DNA from: an uncultured archaeon
GTDB lineage: Archaea > Aenigmatarchaeota > Aenigmatarchaeia > CG10238-14 > SCSR01
Length of the DNA stretch: 58,038 nucleotides
Direction of reading: 5' to 3'
Assembly (NCBI GenBank): GCA_964586885.1
Contig: CAZPID010000001.1
Coordinates: 24,080 to 82,117, forward strand
In this document: piece by piece, positions 9,094-18,052 of the stretch
How the letters are laid out: each line of letters begins with the position of its first letter
How positions within the stretch are numbered: the first letter of the stretch is position 1
Position numbers and translations under genes: made by a program
Notes under the pieces: model-generated
What the model was told of the DNA's origin: nothing
Databases searched by the model: none
Seen by the model: only the letters and a program-made list of their open reading frames with translations

Positions 9094-10200
9094 TTACAGC
9101 CAGTCCTGTAAATTAGGAGCTTCTCTATATCCTCCCCATGCATCTTCAAAACCTTTTTCTTTTGCTTTGTCATAAATTTCTACAGCTTCTTCAACCCTTG
9201 GATATTTTTTGATATATTTTTGGAATATATCATCGTTAAGTGCTAACCAATTGGCAAATTTTTCTAATTCAAATAACTTGTACAGATTATGCAGATATCC
9301 ATAAAGATAATGTAAAGTTTCACTAAACTTTGTAAATTGAATTCCTTTAGATTCTGCATCCTTACAAAATGGACATATACATGGAAAAATGGAATAGTCA
9401 ATATTTAGCTTATCTGCACTATCTCCAGCTGGCTGATCAGTGATAAAGGGTGTCAACATTATCTTTCCTCTACCAGCTAACATAGAGAAACTAGAAGTAT
9501 CAGAAGTCAATTTGTTAAAATCTTTACTGAAATATGCTCCAGAAATTAAACCTTTTTGTCCACTCATAGCAAAAATATGCACATTTTTGATTCCTTTTTC
9601 TCTTAGAAAAGATAAGTGTAGTGCTGCAGCAACACTATCATTTGGAGGCCGTGGAGAACATGCAATGCCATCGAATAAATCTAAATGAGGTTCTATAACA
9701 TTTTTCCACCAAAACTTTATCTCTCGATAACTAATTCCATGTAAAACTCCATAGAGTTTAACATCATGTTTTTGTGCTTCTGATTTTATCTCTCTGATAC
9801 TTTTTTCAGTAAATCTTGCACAATCTTGGAAATGGCCATCTGAAATCGTTTCCGCATGTAAGCCTCTTGGAGGAAGATCTAAAATGAAAGCGATATCACA
9901 ATTTTGTGCCTGCCAATTAAAAACTGTAGAAGGATTAAATCTCTCTCCCTGACTCCACTGAGAATAGCCACCTGAATCTCCATACACCATTACGTCTTTC
10001 GGAACTTCATAGACATCTCTCCAGTGATCAAAACCGTATTGATTTTTATTTTGATAACCATAAAAATAGGAAATAAGTAAACTCTTTCTCCTTATAGGAT
10101 GATTTTCTTTCCACCATCTCATATCTACGCTACCTTGGGCCCAAGACTGTTTACTTGCAAACGTAAGTGCACCGGAAATGGCGGGAATATATTCAATCAT
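9094..10200 (-). CDS. dpdA: DpdA-like (TGT-family) DNA-guanine transglycosylase
   Basis: TGT catalytic motif YGDSGGYSQW; zinc site CICPFC...H; SDTSS motif; sits in an operon with preQ0 synthesis genes; ends NLQDWL. Confidence 0.8.
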   Translation of the reverse strand: MIEYIPAISGALTFASKQSWAQGSVDMRWWKENHPIRRKSLLISYFYGYQNKNQYGFDHWRDVYEVPKDVMVYGDSGGYSQWSQGERFNPSTVFNWQAQNCDIAFILDLPPRGLHAETISDGHFQDCARFTEKSIREIKSEAQKHDVKLYGVLHGISYREIKFWWKNVIEPHLDLFDGIACSPRPPNDSVAAALHLSFLREKGIKNVHIFAMSGQKGLISGAYFSKDFNKLTSDTSSFSMLAGRGKIMLTPFITDQPAGDSADKLNIDYSIFPCICPFCKDAESKGIQFTKFSETLHYLYGYLHNLYKLFELEKFANWLALNDDIFQKYIKKYPRVEEAVEIYDKAKEKGFEDAWGGYREAPNLQDWL

Positions 10201-10981
10201 TTCGTTTTTCTCCTAAAAAGTCTTTAATTTTTTTTACTAATCGTTCTTGGTTTTCTAACTCATAGTCCCATATTACTAAAGTATCAAAATTATATTTTTT
10301 ATAGAACTTTACCTTCCTATCTATTTCTTCTTCAGTGTGCCAATAACTCCCACAAAGTTCAATTAATAATCTTTTATCTTTATTTATAAAATCTGGGCAT
10401 TTATCAACGATAATTACTTTGCCATCTCCAACATAATCAAAAGGTAAGCTAAATTTTTTCAATAAGTCTATAAGTCTTCTTTCTAAATTATTAGGTCTAT
10501 TTTTTCTAGACTGTAAGATTTTAGGTAGACTTTTTTGAATACTACTAACCGTATGCATTGCTACTATAGAATTTTTCATTTGATGATCTCTATATTCTTG
10601 ACCTTTCCATAATTCTTTAAGTTTGTTTGATATTCTCGATCTAACCTCTGAAGTAAAAACAACATCATAGTTTCTAGGTTTACCTAATCTCGCCAAACTC
10701 ATTTTTTTCTTAGTCTCAATAGAATGTTTCCTATCTCTCATTGGAGAAGATAGACCCAACATTCTGACTCTGTGATTATCTTTCTGTTCGTCTGTTAATT
10801 TATGTCCTTTCATTCCTGAAACTTTACCTCTATGACTATCTACCTGCATCTGACGATAAATTGGATCTAACCACAAACTTTTTACAGTTTTAGAAAGTTT
10901 TTTGCTAGTTTCTGGATTATTCATAACCTCTTTCATCTTTAATGACATATAATTTCTATATTTCAAACTATTCTTCTTCAT
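10193..10981 (-). CDS. free-standing homing-endonuclease-like protein (NUMOD-like repeats + PD-(D/E)XK/Vsr-like nuclease)
   Basis: C-terminal CPDFINKDKRLLIELCGSYWH...LVIWDYEL. Paralogous to 30883..31641, 43489..44250 and to the QueE intein core. Wedged between dpdA and the SDR gene with overlapping stop/start codons. Confidence 0.65.
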   Translation of the reverse strand: MKKNSLKYRNYMSLKMKEVMNNPETSKKLSKTVKSLWLDPIYRQMQVDSHRGKVSGMKGHKLTDEQKDNHRVRMLGLSSPMRDRKHSIETKKKMSLARLGKPRNYDVVFTSEVRSRISNKLKELWKGQEYRDHQMKNSIVAMHTVSSIQKSLPKILQSRKNRPNNLERRLIDLLKKFSLPFDYVGDGKVIIVDKCPDFINKDKRLLIELCGSYWHTEEEIDRKVKFYKKYNFDTLVIWDYELENQERLVKKIKDFLGEKRND

Positions 10982-11673
10982 AGACTTTTGCCACCATCGA
11001 TAATTATGTTTGTACCTGTCATGTAATCAAATTCACTCTTAGTTAAATTAAAAATTACTTTTGCTATTTCATAAGCACTAGCTTCTCTCTTTTGTGGTAT
11101 CATATCTAAAACATCTTGTGGAAGAGGTGCGTTTCCACACAAATTAGTTTTTACCAAACCGGGAGAAATACAATTAACTCTAAACTGAGGATATTTTTTT
11201 GCTAAACATTTTGTAAAATGGATTAATGCAGCTTTTGTTACAGCATAATTAATAATGAAATCCTCATTTTCTATCCCAGAAGTGCTTCCTACATTAATAA
11301 TTCTTGCTCCTTTATTTAAAAATGGAATGAGATTACGAGTTAATTCCATTGGAGCAACTAAATTGACATTTAACAGATTCCACATCATAGCTGTGCTATA
11401 GTCTTTAAAATCTACCAAGTTAAGCATTCCAGCATTATTCACTAGAAGATCATACTTTCCATTAGCATAAATTGGAAGTTTTTCTATTTTTTGGACATTT
11501 TCAAAATTAAAGGGTATTCCTTTAACCCTTTTGAAGAGAGGATCTTCTAAAAATACTTTGTCAGTATCTCTAGAAATCGGTACTACATTCCAATGATGTT
11601 TTACTAAGATCCTAGTTATTTCATAACCTATTCCATGAGTTGCTCCTGTTACGATCGCTCTTTTCTTTAACAT
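10978..11673 (-). CDS. short-chain dehydrogenase/reductase (SDR)
   Basis: AIVTGATHGIGYE (TGxxxGxG), NNAG, catalytic YAVTKAAL (YxxxK). Confidence 0.85.
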   Translation of the reverse strand: MLKKRAIVTGATHGIGYEITRILVKHHWNVVPISRDTDKVFLEDPLFKRVKGIPFNFENVQKIEKLPIYANGKYDLLVNNAGMLNLVDFKDYSTAMMWNLLNVNLVAPMELTRNLIPFLNKGARIINVGSTSGIENEDFIINYAVTKAALIHFTKCLAKKYPQFRVNCISPGLVKTNLCGNAPLPQDVLDMIPQKREASAYEIAKVIFNLTKSEFDYMTGTNIIIDGGKSL

Positions 11674-11969
11674 TATTTAACCTCCAATCTCGCATCAGTA
11701 TCAGGAGACTCGTCCTCCTTTGGATGAAAATCTTTATCTGCTTGAGGTTTAATTTCAGTTACGATTGTAGGAATCCGTTTTGCTGAATTTTCAAGATCAT
11801 ATTTTTTTATTAAGATTATAAAAGTAGGATGTAAAAGCCTTTTATTTCCTGGATCAGCTTTCAACCATGTATAACAAAATGAACGAACAAACGAACCTTC
11901 TGAATCATTATTGGAAGTAGTATATGCTAAAGTATCAAGTTCTTCTAAGGTAGGATTAAGCTGGAACAT
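11673..11969 (-). CDS. hypothetical protein
   Basis: 98-aa track ORF coupled to both neighbours within the modification operon. Confidence 0.5.
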   Translation of the reverse strand: MFQLNPTLEELDTLAYTTSNNDSEGSFVRSFCYTWLKADPGNKRLLHPTFIILIKKYDLENSAKRIPTIVTEIKPQADKDFHPKEDESPDTDARLEVK

Positions 11970-13062
11970 GAGTAGGATCCCTATATTCTGAATAATGACT
12001 TTGGAATTTTGCGTCTAAAATATTGTCTAAGCCATTCTTCTGCGCATAATGTTCTGCAAACCAAGCATAACTCCAAAAGCATCCTGGACATAATTGTTTA
12101 CCACCATAAATTTTATCTAGGATTTCCTTTCGACCGTCTTTCCAACCTAAGCGGAAGACTGAAATTCTCTCTTTCATATAGTTAGAATAAGAACAACTTC
12201 TTAAAGTTCCATCTGCTTCGATATCAATTATTAATCCTGAATTGCAGTGCCACAACATTTCTGGTGCTAGATCCACACCATGTTCAAAATATTCAATCGG
12301 ATTTTGTACCATTACTTCACCACTTTTTACCATATCGGCTATCTCATGCATTACGTTTTTTAAACTAACATGATCCTGCTCTCTAAACAGGAAACTAGGC
12401 ATAAGATCATCAGAAAAGAAATCATATTTTTCATCTTTTTTATGTTCAACGAAATTAAGTCCAGCCCAAATTTCTTTAGATGTCATATATCTCAGAAGTT
12501 CAGGAATCTTTTTATAATTTTGTCTATGAATTGTAATGGTCCCTTGGACATCTGGAACGCCATGATTCTTAAACCATTGTAATTGTTCTAGCCCCCAAAT
12601 ACTTTTCGTATCAATATCCTTATCTCCTGTTGTTCCCCCCATAATATCGATCCCGCAACTAATATTGTATAAGCCGGCTTCTACCATAGGTAATCTTAAT
12701 TTCTGATATTGTGGTTCAACAAAAGTAGAATACATTGCATACCTTCCAAAATATCCAAAATCTTTTAACGCTCTTATTAGTTCTATTATCCAAGGATAGA
12801 GCAATACTTCATTTCCTAAAATTAAGAAAAATTTTACTCCCATATCACTTAGAATATTAAAAGCTCGAATCCACTCCTGTGGTTTTAAAAGGCCTTCCTC
12901 AGGGACCACGTCTTTACTGCCACAATAACTACATTTGCGAGGACAATATCTTTGAATAAACAAGCATGCATATCTTGGATTATCTGCTCTCTTTATTTCA
13001 AATCTCTTGACATTTTCTCCAAGAACATTGATATCATTTTTATAAATACTACCCGATTGCAT
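11956..13062 (-). CDS. radical SAM enzyme with SPASM/twitch-like C-terminal domain
   Basis: CPRKCSYC (CX3CX2C), GGE-like ILGNEVLL, C-terminal HCNSGLIIDIEADGTLRSC and CPGC. Confidence 0.8.
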   Translation of the reverse strand: MQSGSIYKNDINVLGENVKRFEIKRADNPRYACLFIQRYCPRKCSYCGSKDVVPEEGLLKPQEWIRAFNILSDMGVKFFLILGNEVLLYPWIIELIRALKDFGYFGRYAMYSTFVEPQYQKLRLPMVEAGLYNISCGIDIMGGTTGDKDIDTKSIWGLEQLQWFKNHGVPDVQGTITIHRQNYKKIPELLRYMTSKEIWAGLNFVEHKKDEKYDFFSDDLMPSFLFREQDHVSLKNVMHEIADMVKSGEVMVQNPIEYFEHGVDLAPEMLWHCNSGLIIDIEADGTLRSCSYSNYMKERISVFRLGWKDGRKEILDKIYGGKQLCPGCFWSYAWFAEHYAQKNGLDNILDAKFQSHYSEYRDPTHVPA

Positions 13063-13900
13063 TCCTCATCAATTCCTCATAACTCCGATACCATAATTTA
13101 TTTCTAAGCTTACCTTTAAGTTCTTGTAAAGCTTCTGGAATAAATCTCTGTCTAAAATAAAGTGAATCGCCATATTTCTGTCCATCTTCAATTCCGTATT
13201 TTTCCTTTGCAATTAAATGCGCTAATCTTCTATTGCAACAGCAGCCACATTTTCCTTCAGTAGCCATTAAAGTTCTAAAATCGACTGGATTATCTTCAAT
13301 ATCAATCGGAGCTAAATCACAGGACCAAGTATAATTATAAATCCAACCAAATCCATTATCATGTCCCCATTTTAAGATTTGTGGTTTGTCCATCTCATTT
13401 TCTGGTGATATAACTTTCGGAATAAATTTGTTGCAACCGTATTCTAACATGTGACTAAATCTGTCTAAGAACTCCTTAGTATTGTCTTTGTAGCTCCACT
13501 CACTAGCATTGGTTCCTAATGTGATATATTCTGCTTCAATATGTTCTGCATAAGATGCTGCTAATGCTAAAAATACCACATTTCTAGCTGGAGTCCAAAT
13601 TTCATCAATCGTTGTTGCAGACTTCCTCAAGCTGTCCATTCCTTCTGGAACAGGAATATTCTCATTAGTTAAACATGAATCTTCTCCAAATACTGGAGTC
13701 TTTACAATTTCTAATTTAATTGGATAACCTTCTTCTTGTAATTTGCTAGCAATAAATCTACAGCTTGCTTTTTCTCCTCTCTCAGATCTTTGACCAATAG
13801 AAAAATGCATTAGATATACTTCATATCCTTTCTTAAGCATCATCAACGAATTGGTTATAGAATCCATTCCACCAGATGTTACACATACAGCTTTTTTCAT
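13049..13900 (-). CDS. queC: QueC-family PP-loop ATPase (7-cyano-7-deazaguanine synthase-like), paralogue 1
   Basis: VTSGGMDS PP-loop, TPARNVVFLALAA, C-terminal Cys cluster WSCD...GKCGCCCNRR; 283 aa. Confidence 0.75.
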   Translation of the reverse strand: MKKAVCVTSGGMDSITNSLMMLKKGYEVYLMHFSIGQRSERGEKASCRFIASKLQEEGYPIKLEIVKTPVFGEDSCLTNENIPVPEGMDSLRKSATTIDEIWTPARNVVFLALAASYAEHIEAEYITLGTNASEWSYKDNTKEFLDRFSHMLEYGCNKFIPKVISPENEMDKPQILKWGHDNGFGWIYNYTWSCDLAPIDIEDNPVDFRTLMATEGKCGCCCNRRLAHLIAKEKYGIEDGQKYGDSLYFRQRFIPEALQELKGKLRNKLWYRSYEELMRNAIG

Positions 13901-14052
13901 TTTTCTGATTCCTCCTGTACATAACTTGACATGATTTCATCAAATTCTTTGTCAGTTATTTTACATAATTTTTCATAGAATGCCTGAGCTGATTCTTTAC
14001 ATTCTGGATATCTTAAAACTATTGATCTAACTAAATAACTAACTCTCACCAT
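13897..14052 (-). CDS. small ORF (51 aa, below the track cutoff)
   Basis: ATG at 14052..14050 overlaps the queC-2 stop, and the TGA overlaps the queC-1 ATG (ATGA); MVRVSYLVRSIVLRYPECKESAQAFYEKLCKITDKEFDEIMSSYVQEESEK. Confidence 0.4.
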   Translation of the reverse strand: MVRVSYLVRSIVLRYPECKESAQAFYEKLCKITDKEFDEIMSSYVQEESEK

Positions 14053-14804
14053 ATAGCCACTCCATGTTTCTTTAATACTGCTTTCATCATATCTTCTCTG
14101 GCTCCTACATATTTTCCATCGTTGAGACCTCTTATGTATTGTGTTTTCATCAATCTACTTTTTAATGGATTCCTGACAAAAGAAATAGGACCATCTCCAT
14201 CTAGATTACTGGCTTCTAAAGCAAACCACATCCTTATACATGCTGCACATCTTCCACATGGATCTTTAGTACCACTAAAGCAAGAATAAGTACGTTTTAA
14301 TAATTCTATCCCGTTCTCGTGGTTAGACAAAACATAATCTACAATTCGTTCCTTAGTAATATTGGCAAAAGGAGAAATTATCGTAATATTTTTTTTATCA
14401 GCTTCACTTAAAGTCATTTGTAAAAGTCTATTAAATTTACTAGTCCTATCTCCAATATTTGATTCTCCTAACTGAACATTCTGCAAATAGATATTTCCTC
14501 CATCAGACAAATAATAACATGCTATACCTGCTAAAAATAAGTTTCTATAAGGAATGTGCGAATCCTTTTTTTCATATTCTCCTAAATCGACTCCTTTATG
14601 TATCTGAAAATCTACATCTAACTGTGATATTAATTTATGAACTGCCAATATCTCACGACTTTGATAACGACTACCTAGAGCAACATAAAGTGCTAAAACT
14701 TCTTCTTTTTTAAATTTCTTCAAAGCTATCAATAATGCTGCTAGGCTGTCAACTCCTCCTGATATCAGAACTATTGCTTTTTTAGACAAGACGTATTTCC
14801 CCAC
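14046..14804 (-). CDS. QueC-family PP-loop ATPase, paralogue 2
   Basis: LISGGVDS PP-loop, IPYRNLFLAGIA, YSCFSG...PCGRCAACIRM zinc motif, plus a roughly 50-aa C-terminal extension. Confidence 0.75.
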   Translation of the reverse strand: MGKYVLSKKAIVLISGGVDSLAALLIALKKFKKEEVLALYVALGSRYQSREILAVHKLISQLDVDFQIHKGVDLGEYEKKDSHIPYRNLFLAGIACYYLSDGGNIYLQNVQLGESNIGDRTSKFNRLLQMTLSEADKKNITIISPFANITKERIVDYVLSNHENGIELLKRTYSCFSGTKDPCGRCAACIRMWFALEASNLDGDGPISFVRNPLKSRLMKTQYIRGLNDGKYVGAREDMMKAVLKKHGVAIW

Positions 14805-15396
14805 TTCTGATCATTTGATAAGCTCTCATTTCTAATTCTCTGTCATCCCTGAACCTTTCTGAAGCTGAACTAATTTTAACTATTGTTTGTGGATCTTCTA
14901 TTCCTCTGAAGAACATACATGTATGCAGACCAACAGTATATATCAAACATGCATGAGGCCTTACATGCTTCATAAAAAGGTTTCTGGCTTTCGCTGCATA
15001 ATCTTCCTGCAACTGTGGAAATTTTCCTAGTTCTACCAAGAACCTAGGTATCTTTGAAAGCCCTACTACTTTCTTCTCCCCTTGCTGATCTGGAATAAAT
15101 ATTAACCATACCTTTATAATCGCAGGAAGAAAATGGTGTGGGCACAACATCTTAACGGTCACAGGACCTACACATTCCATAGCGTCTGATATTGTTGGAA
15201 ACATTGTTCCCAAGTGTTTAACGGCATCTTTTTCATTATATGGATTAGTAAACTCTTTAAGCCAATTAGATATCCTGCCTGGAGAATCTTTAAAGTTTGG
15301 ATCATTTAAATCAATATTTAAAGACTTTAATAATTCCAATGATTTGTCATGGATCTTATCTCCATCTCCATATTCTATGTTCTCTTTTATTTCCAT
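14782..15396 (-). CDS. folE: GTP cyclohydrolase I
   Basis: MLCPHHFLP, VVGLSKIPRFLVELGKFPQLQED, HTCMFFRG. Confidence 0.8.
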   Translation of the reverse strand: MEIKENIEYGDGDKIHDKSLELLKSLNIDLNDPNFKDSPGRISNWLKEFTNPYNEKDAVKHLGTMFPTISDAMECVGPVTVKMLCPHHFLPAIIKVWLIFIPDQQGEKKVVGLSKIPRFLVELGKFPQLQEDYAAKARNLFMKHVRPHACLIYTVGLHTCMFFRGIEDPQTIVKISSASERFRDDRELEMRAYQMIRSGEIRLV

Positions 15397-17160
15397 CTAT
15401 GTTCCTCTTTCATTGCCATAAAGCATGATCTGTAACCTTGGACTATATCTGATTCCATATTTTTTACATTCTTCAACTAGCCAAATACTATTTCTAGTAA
15501 TCGTCTTAGCATCTATACCCAAAGGCATGAAATAGGTCTTACTTGTCGGTATTTGAAATGGTTGGAGAAAGTCGTCAAAAACTTCCTTGATATCTTCTTT
15601 ACGACCAATAACAAACTTAAATTTAGTTCTGCTGTTCCTATTAAACCATTTTAGAGCAGGTGCAATAATCCTTTTATCTCTTGGCATTTTAGAATTAGAA
15701 AGTTTTGGACTTACGTCATAATATATTGGAAATGGCTCCTGTTCAAAAATTATCGTACCATTAGTTTCAATTTCATAACTTCTTATCCAAGGAAATTCCT
15801 CCTTAACTTGTATGAGCAGTTCTGCCAAACCTTCTTGAACTAAAGGTTCTCCTCCAGTAAAAATCACATGTGCATTTGCAAAGGCCTGAATCCTTTTCAT
15901 AATATCTTCAGAGTTCATTGGTACAAATTCAGTAGGTAAATTTCTCATCTTAATTAACTCTGGTACTGCATATGGAGTATCACAATTATGAGCTAAAATA
16001 CCATTTGCATAATAGTTATGATTTGAAGTCCTAAAATTGTAAACTGTAAGTTGGTAGCATTCTGGATAGTGTTTAAAACCTTCATTATGTCTACAATTCT
16101 TGATTCTTCTAGCTCCCATTCTGACTAATTGTTTAGGATTTGAAACTTTAGAAATAGATGTTACCCTTGTTCCATTGGTAATAAATCTATTAACTCTATC
16201 AATCATATTATTTCTACCATTATTATTTTTTTGGTATATTCTTCCGTTAACATCAAGCATTAAACACTCCCATCCAAAATTTTTGAAAAATATTTTTCTT
16301 TCCTCCGACCATCTTTCATCTCTATCCATATAAGTAGGATCATAAAGTTCAATAATTTTTTTCTGTCCTATGACTTTAAAGTCTGGATTTCTAAATTTTT
16401 TTATTTTGTTACCTATCCATAATTTAGCATTTCCTACATATTCTATCGGTAAATTATTCATTTCGAATTCATTAATTGCAATTTTTTCTAATCCGCTTGG
16501 TCTATGTTTATGAGACTTCATATTTTTTACCACTATTTCAGGATCGAACATTGGATTATGAATTTTTTTACAATTACTCTGATTTTTTCTCCATTCTTCT
16601 GTACGCAAATATGGTTTAATTTTTCCACTACCATATCCTTTCCTAACAGAATCTGCTACCTTTTTAACTATATTTTTATCTTTCATTGGATTATAATTTT
16701 TCATCTTCCAAGAAAGATAAGTTTCTCTAGGTAATCTATCTATTAATTCATCTATCTGTAATTCTTTTGCTCTTACATATTGTCCTCGATCTATAGAATA
16801 AATTGGATGCTCTTTAGTTACAAACAATGAAATGCCATGATCAAATGTTATCTTAATTATTTCAAGACCAGATACTTCTCTTCTGAAAATATCTTGTACG
16901 ACCTGTAATTCTAATTCACCTTTACTACCTTTGCCTAAAATTCTCTCTCCAATTTTAATATCTTTAGCCTTTTTAGTTCCGTTTTCACTATAGATTCTAG
17001 TATTTGGTATTAAACAATACCCACAAAATAAGTTACACCCATAGAACCTGATAAAAGTTGTTGGTTCACCAACAAAATAACCTTCTCCTTGTATTGAAGA
17101 AAATATCTCTGAGATTGCATATTTTAGATCTTTCCTTAAATTTATTTTTTGCGTCTCCAT
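15397..17160 (-). CDS. queE: 7-carboxy-7-deazaguanine synthase (radical SAM), interrupted by an intein
   Basis: [33 protein letters not shown]-[intein]-CDTPYA; 587 aa, or 243 aa after splicing. Confidence 0.85.
   Translation of the reverse strand: METQKINLRKDLKYAISEIFSSIQGEGYFVGEPTTFIRFYGCNLFCGYCLIPNTRIYSENGTKKAKDIKIGERILGKGSKGELELQVVQDIFRREVSGLEIIKITFDHGISLFVTKEHPIYSIDRGQYVRAKELQIDELIDRLPRETYLSWKMKNYNPMKDKNIVKKVADSVRKGYGSGKIKPYLRTEEWRKNQSNCKKIHNPMFDPEIVVKNMKSHKHRPSGLEKIAINEFEMNNLPIEYVGNAKLWIGNKIKKFRNPDFKVIGQKKIIELYDPTYMDRDERWSEERKIFFKNFGWECLMLDVNGRIYQKNNNGRNNMIDRVNRFITNGTRVTSISKVSNPKQLVRMGARRIKNCRHNEGFKHYPECYQLTVYNFRTSNHNYYANGILAHNCDTPYAVPELIKMRNLPTEFVPMNSEDIMKRIQAFANAHVIFTGGEPLVQEGLAELLIQVKEEFPWIRSYEIETNGTIIFEQEPFPIYYDVSPKLSNSKMPRDKRIIAPALKWFNRNSRTKFKFVIGRKEDIKEVFDDFLQPFQIPTSKTYFMPLGIDAKTITRNSIWLVEECKKYGIRYSPRLQIMLYGNERGT
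15985..17016 (-). mobile_element. QueE intein (344 aa) with PD-(D/E)XK/Vsr-like endonuclease core
   Basis: Starts CLIPNTRIY, block B VTKEHPIY, ends [11 protein letters not shown] with a +1 Cys. The core ([35 protein letters not shown]) resembles the free-standing HEG at 10193..10981. Confidence 0.8.
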
Positions 17161-17549
17161 CCCTTTACCTCGATTCCATATTTAGAAGTTTCTTGTATAT
17201 CGATACCAATTCCAGCAGCTTTTGGAAATGCCTTAAATAATGAAGATAGCATATTTTTCGTAATCGTTTCTGTATCTGCTTCTCCTATATTTCCTCTATA
17301 CGAGTCTAAAATTGGTTCTATTAACTGCTTCATTGTTTTATAATCTATCCAATCGCTTTGTAATAGTTCAACTTTAATTTTAACATTTTCGTGTCCATGC
17401 GTATCACAACATTTTTTATCTGTCAATTCAGATCTATCAGAAATATAATGAGTAAAAGAAATGGTTCCTGTATAATGCCTTACTTGCAGAAATTCTACAT
17501 CTGTATGCTCTTTTAATTTTTGATAAACCGTCTGATCAAAAACGGACAT
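17142..17549 (-). CDS. queD: 6-carboxytetrahydropterin synthase (PTPS/QueD family)
   Basis: 135 aa; [16 protein letters not shown] (Cys + HGH zinc/catalytic motif); operon context. Confidence 0.65.
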   Translation of the reverse strand: MSVFDQTVYQKLKEHTDVEFLQVRHYTGTISFTHYISDRSELTDKKCCDTHGHENVKIKVELLQSDWIDYKTMKQLIEPILDSYRGNIGEADTETITKNMLSSLFKAFPKAAGIGIDIQETSKYGIEVKGWRRKK

Positions 17550-18052
17550 TATGTTTCCTCCGTTTTAATTACTCTTAAAACTTTATTTTTTTCTTTTATC
17601 CCGACCACACTAAATCCTTCTAAGGCTGGCTGGTTTCCTTTTTCAATAGCTACCTTCATCTGATCTCCTAACGTTCTTCCATCTGCTGTTGTTACAATAT
17701 GAGGCATAAATATTTCCTCTATTGTAGAAATCTCAGCCTCCTTTGCTGTTAAAAGAGATTTGAGATAATGAAATAAAATTCGATAAGATCTTTTTTCGTC
17801 ATAATAACTTTTTCGACCTCGCTTTCCTTCTTCAATATATGGTACAGTAATTTTAATGAGAAATGCCAACTCATCAGTTTTCCTGATAATAAATTCTACA
17901 AAACTTTGTTCTGGACCAGCTTCAGTCCACCGCTTTTCATTGATCCTGAATTTTTTGAGCATTCTATTAATATCTTCTTTAGATTTTTCCACTGATACTG
18001 ATGTATAACGGTAGATATCTGTACTAAGTTTTACCAACATGAACCTCCTCAT
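17549..18052 (-). CDS. hypothetical protein
   Basis: 167-aa track ORF between primase and queD; no motif recognised. Confidence 0.55.
   Translation of the reverse strand: MRRFMLVKLSTDIYRYTSVSVEKSKEDINRMLKKFRINEKRWTEAGPEQSFVEFIIRKTDELAFLIKITVPYIEEGKRGRKSYYDEKRSYRILFHYLKSLLTAKEAEISTIEEIFMPHIVTTADGRTLGDQMKVAIEKGNQPALEGFSVVGIKEKNKVLRVIKTEET

Noticed and set aside
10978-17549. FolE + PTPS-family enzyme + SDR read as a tetrahydrobiopterin (GTP cyclohydrolase I / PTPS / sepiapterin reductase) pathway.
   Set aside because: QueE, two QueC-family proteins and a DpdA-type transglycosylase in the same operon make the 7-deazaguanine reading much more coherent. A pterin-reducing role for the SDR is not excluded.
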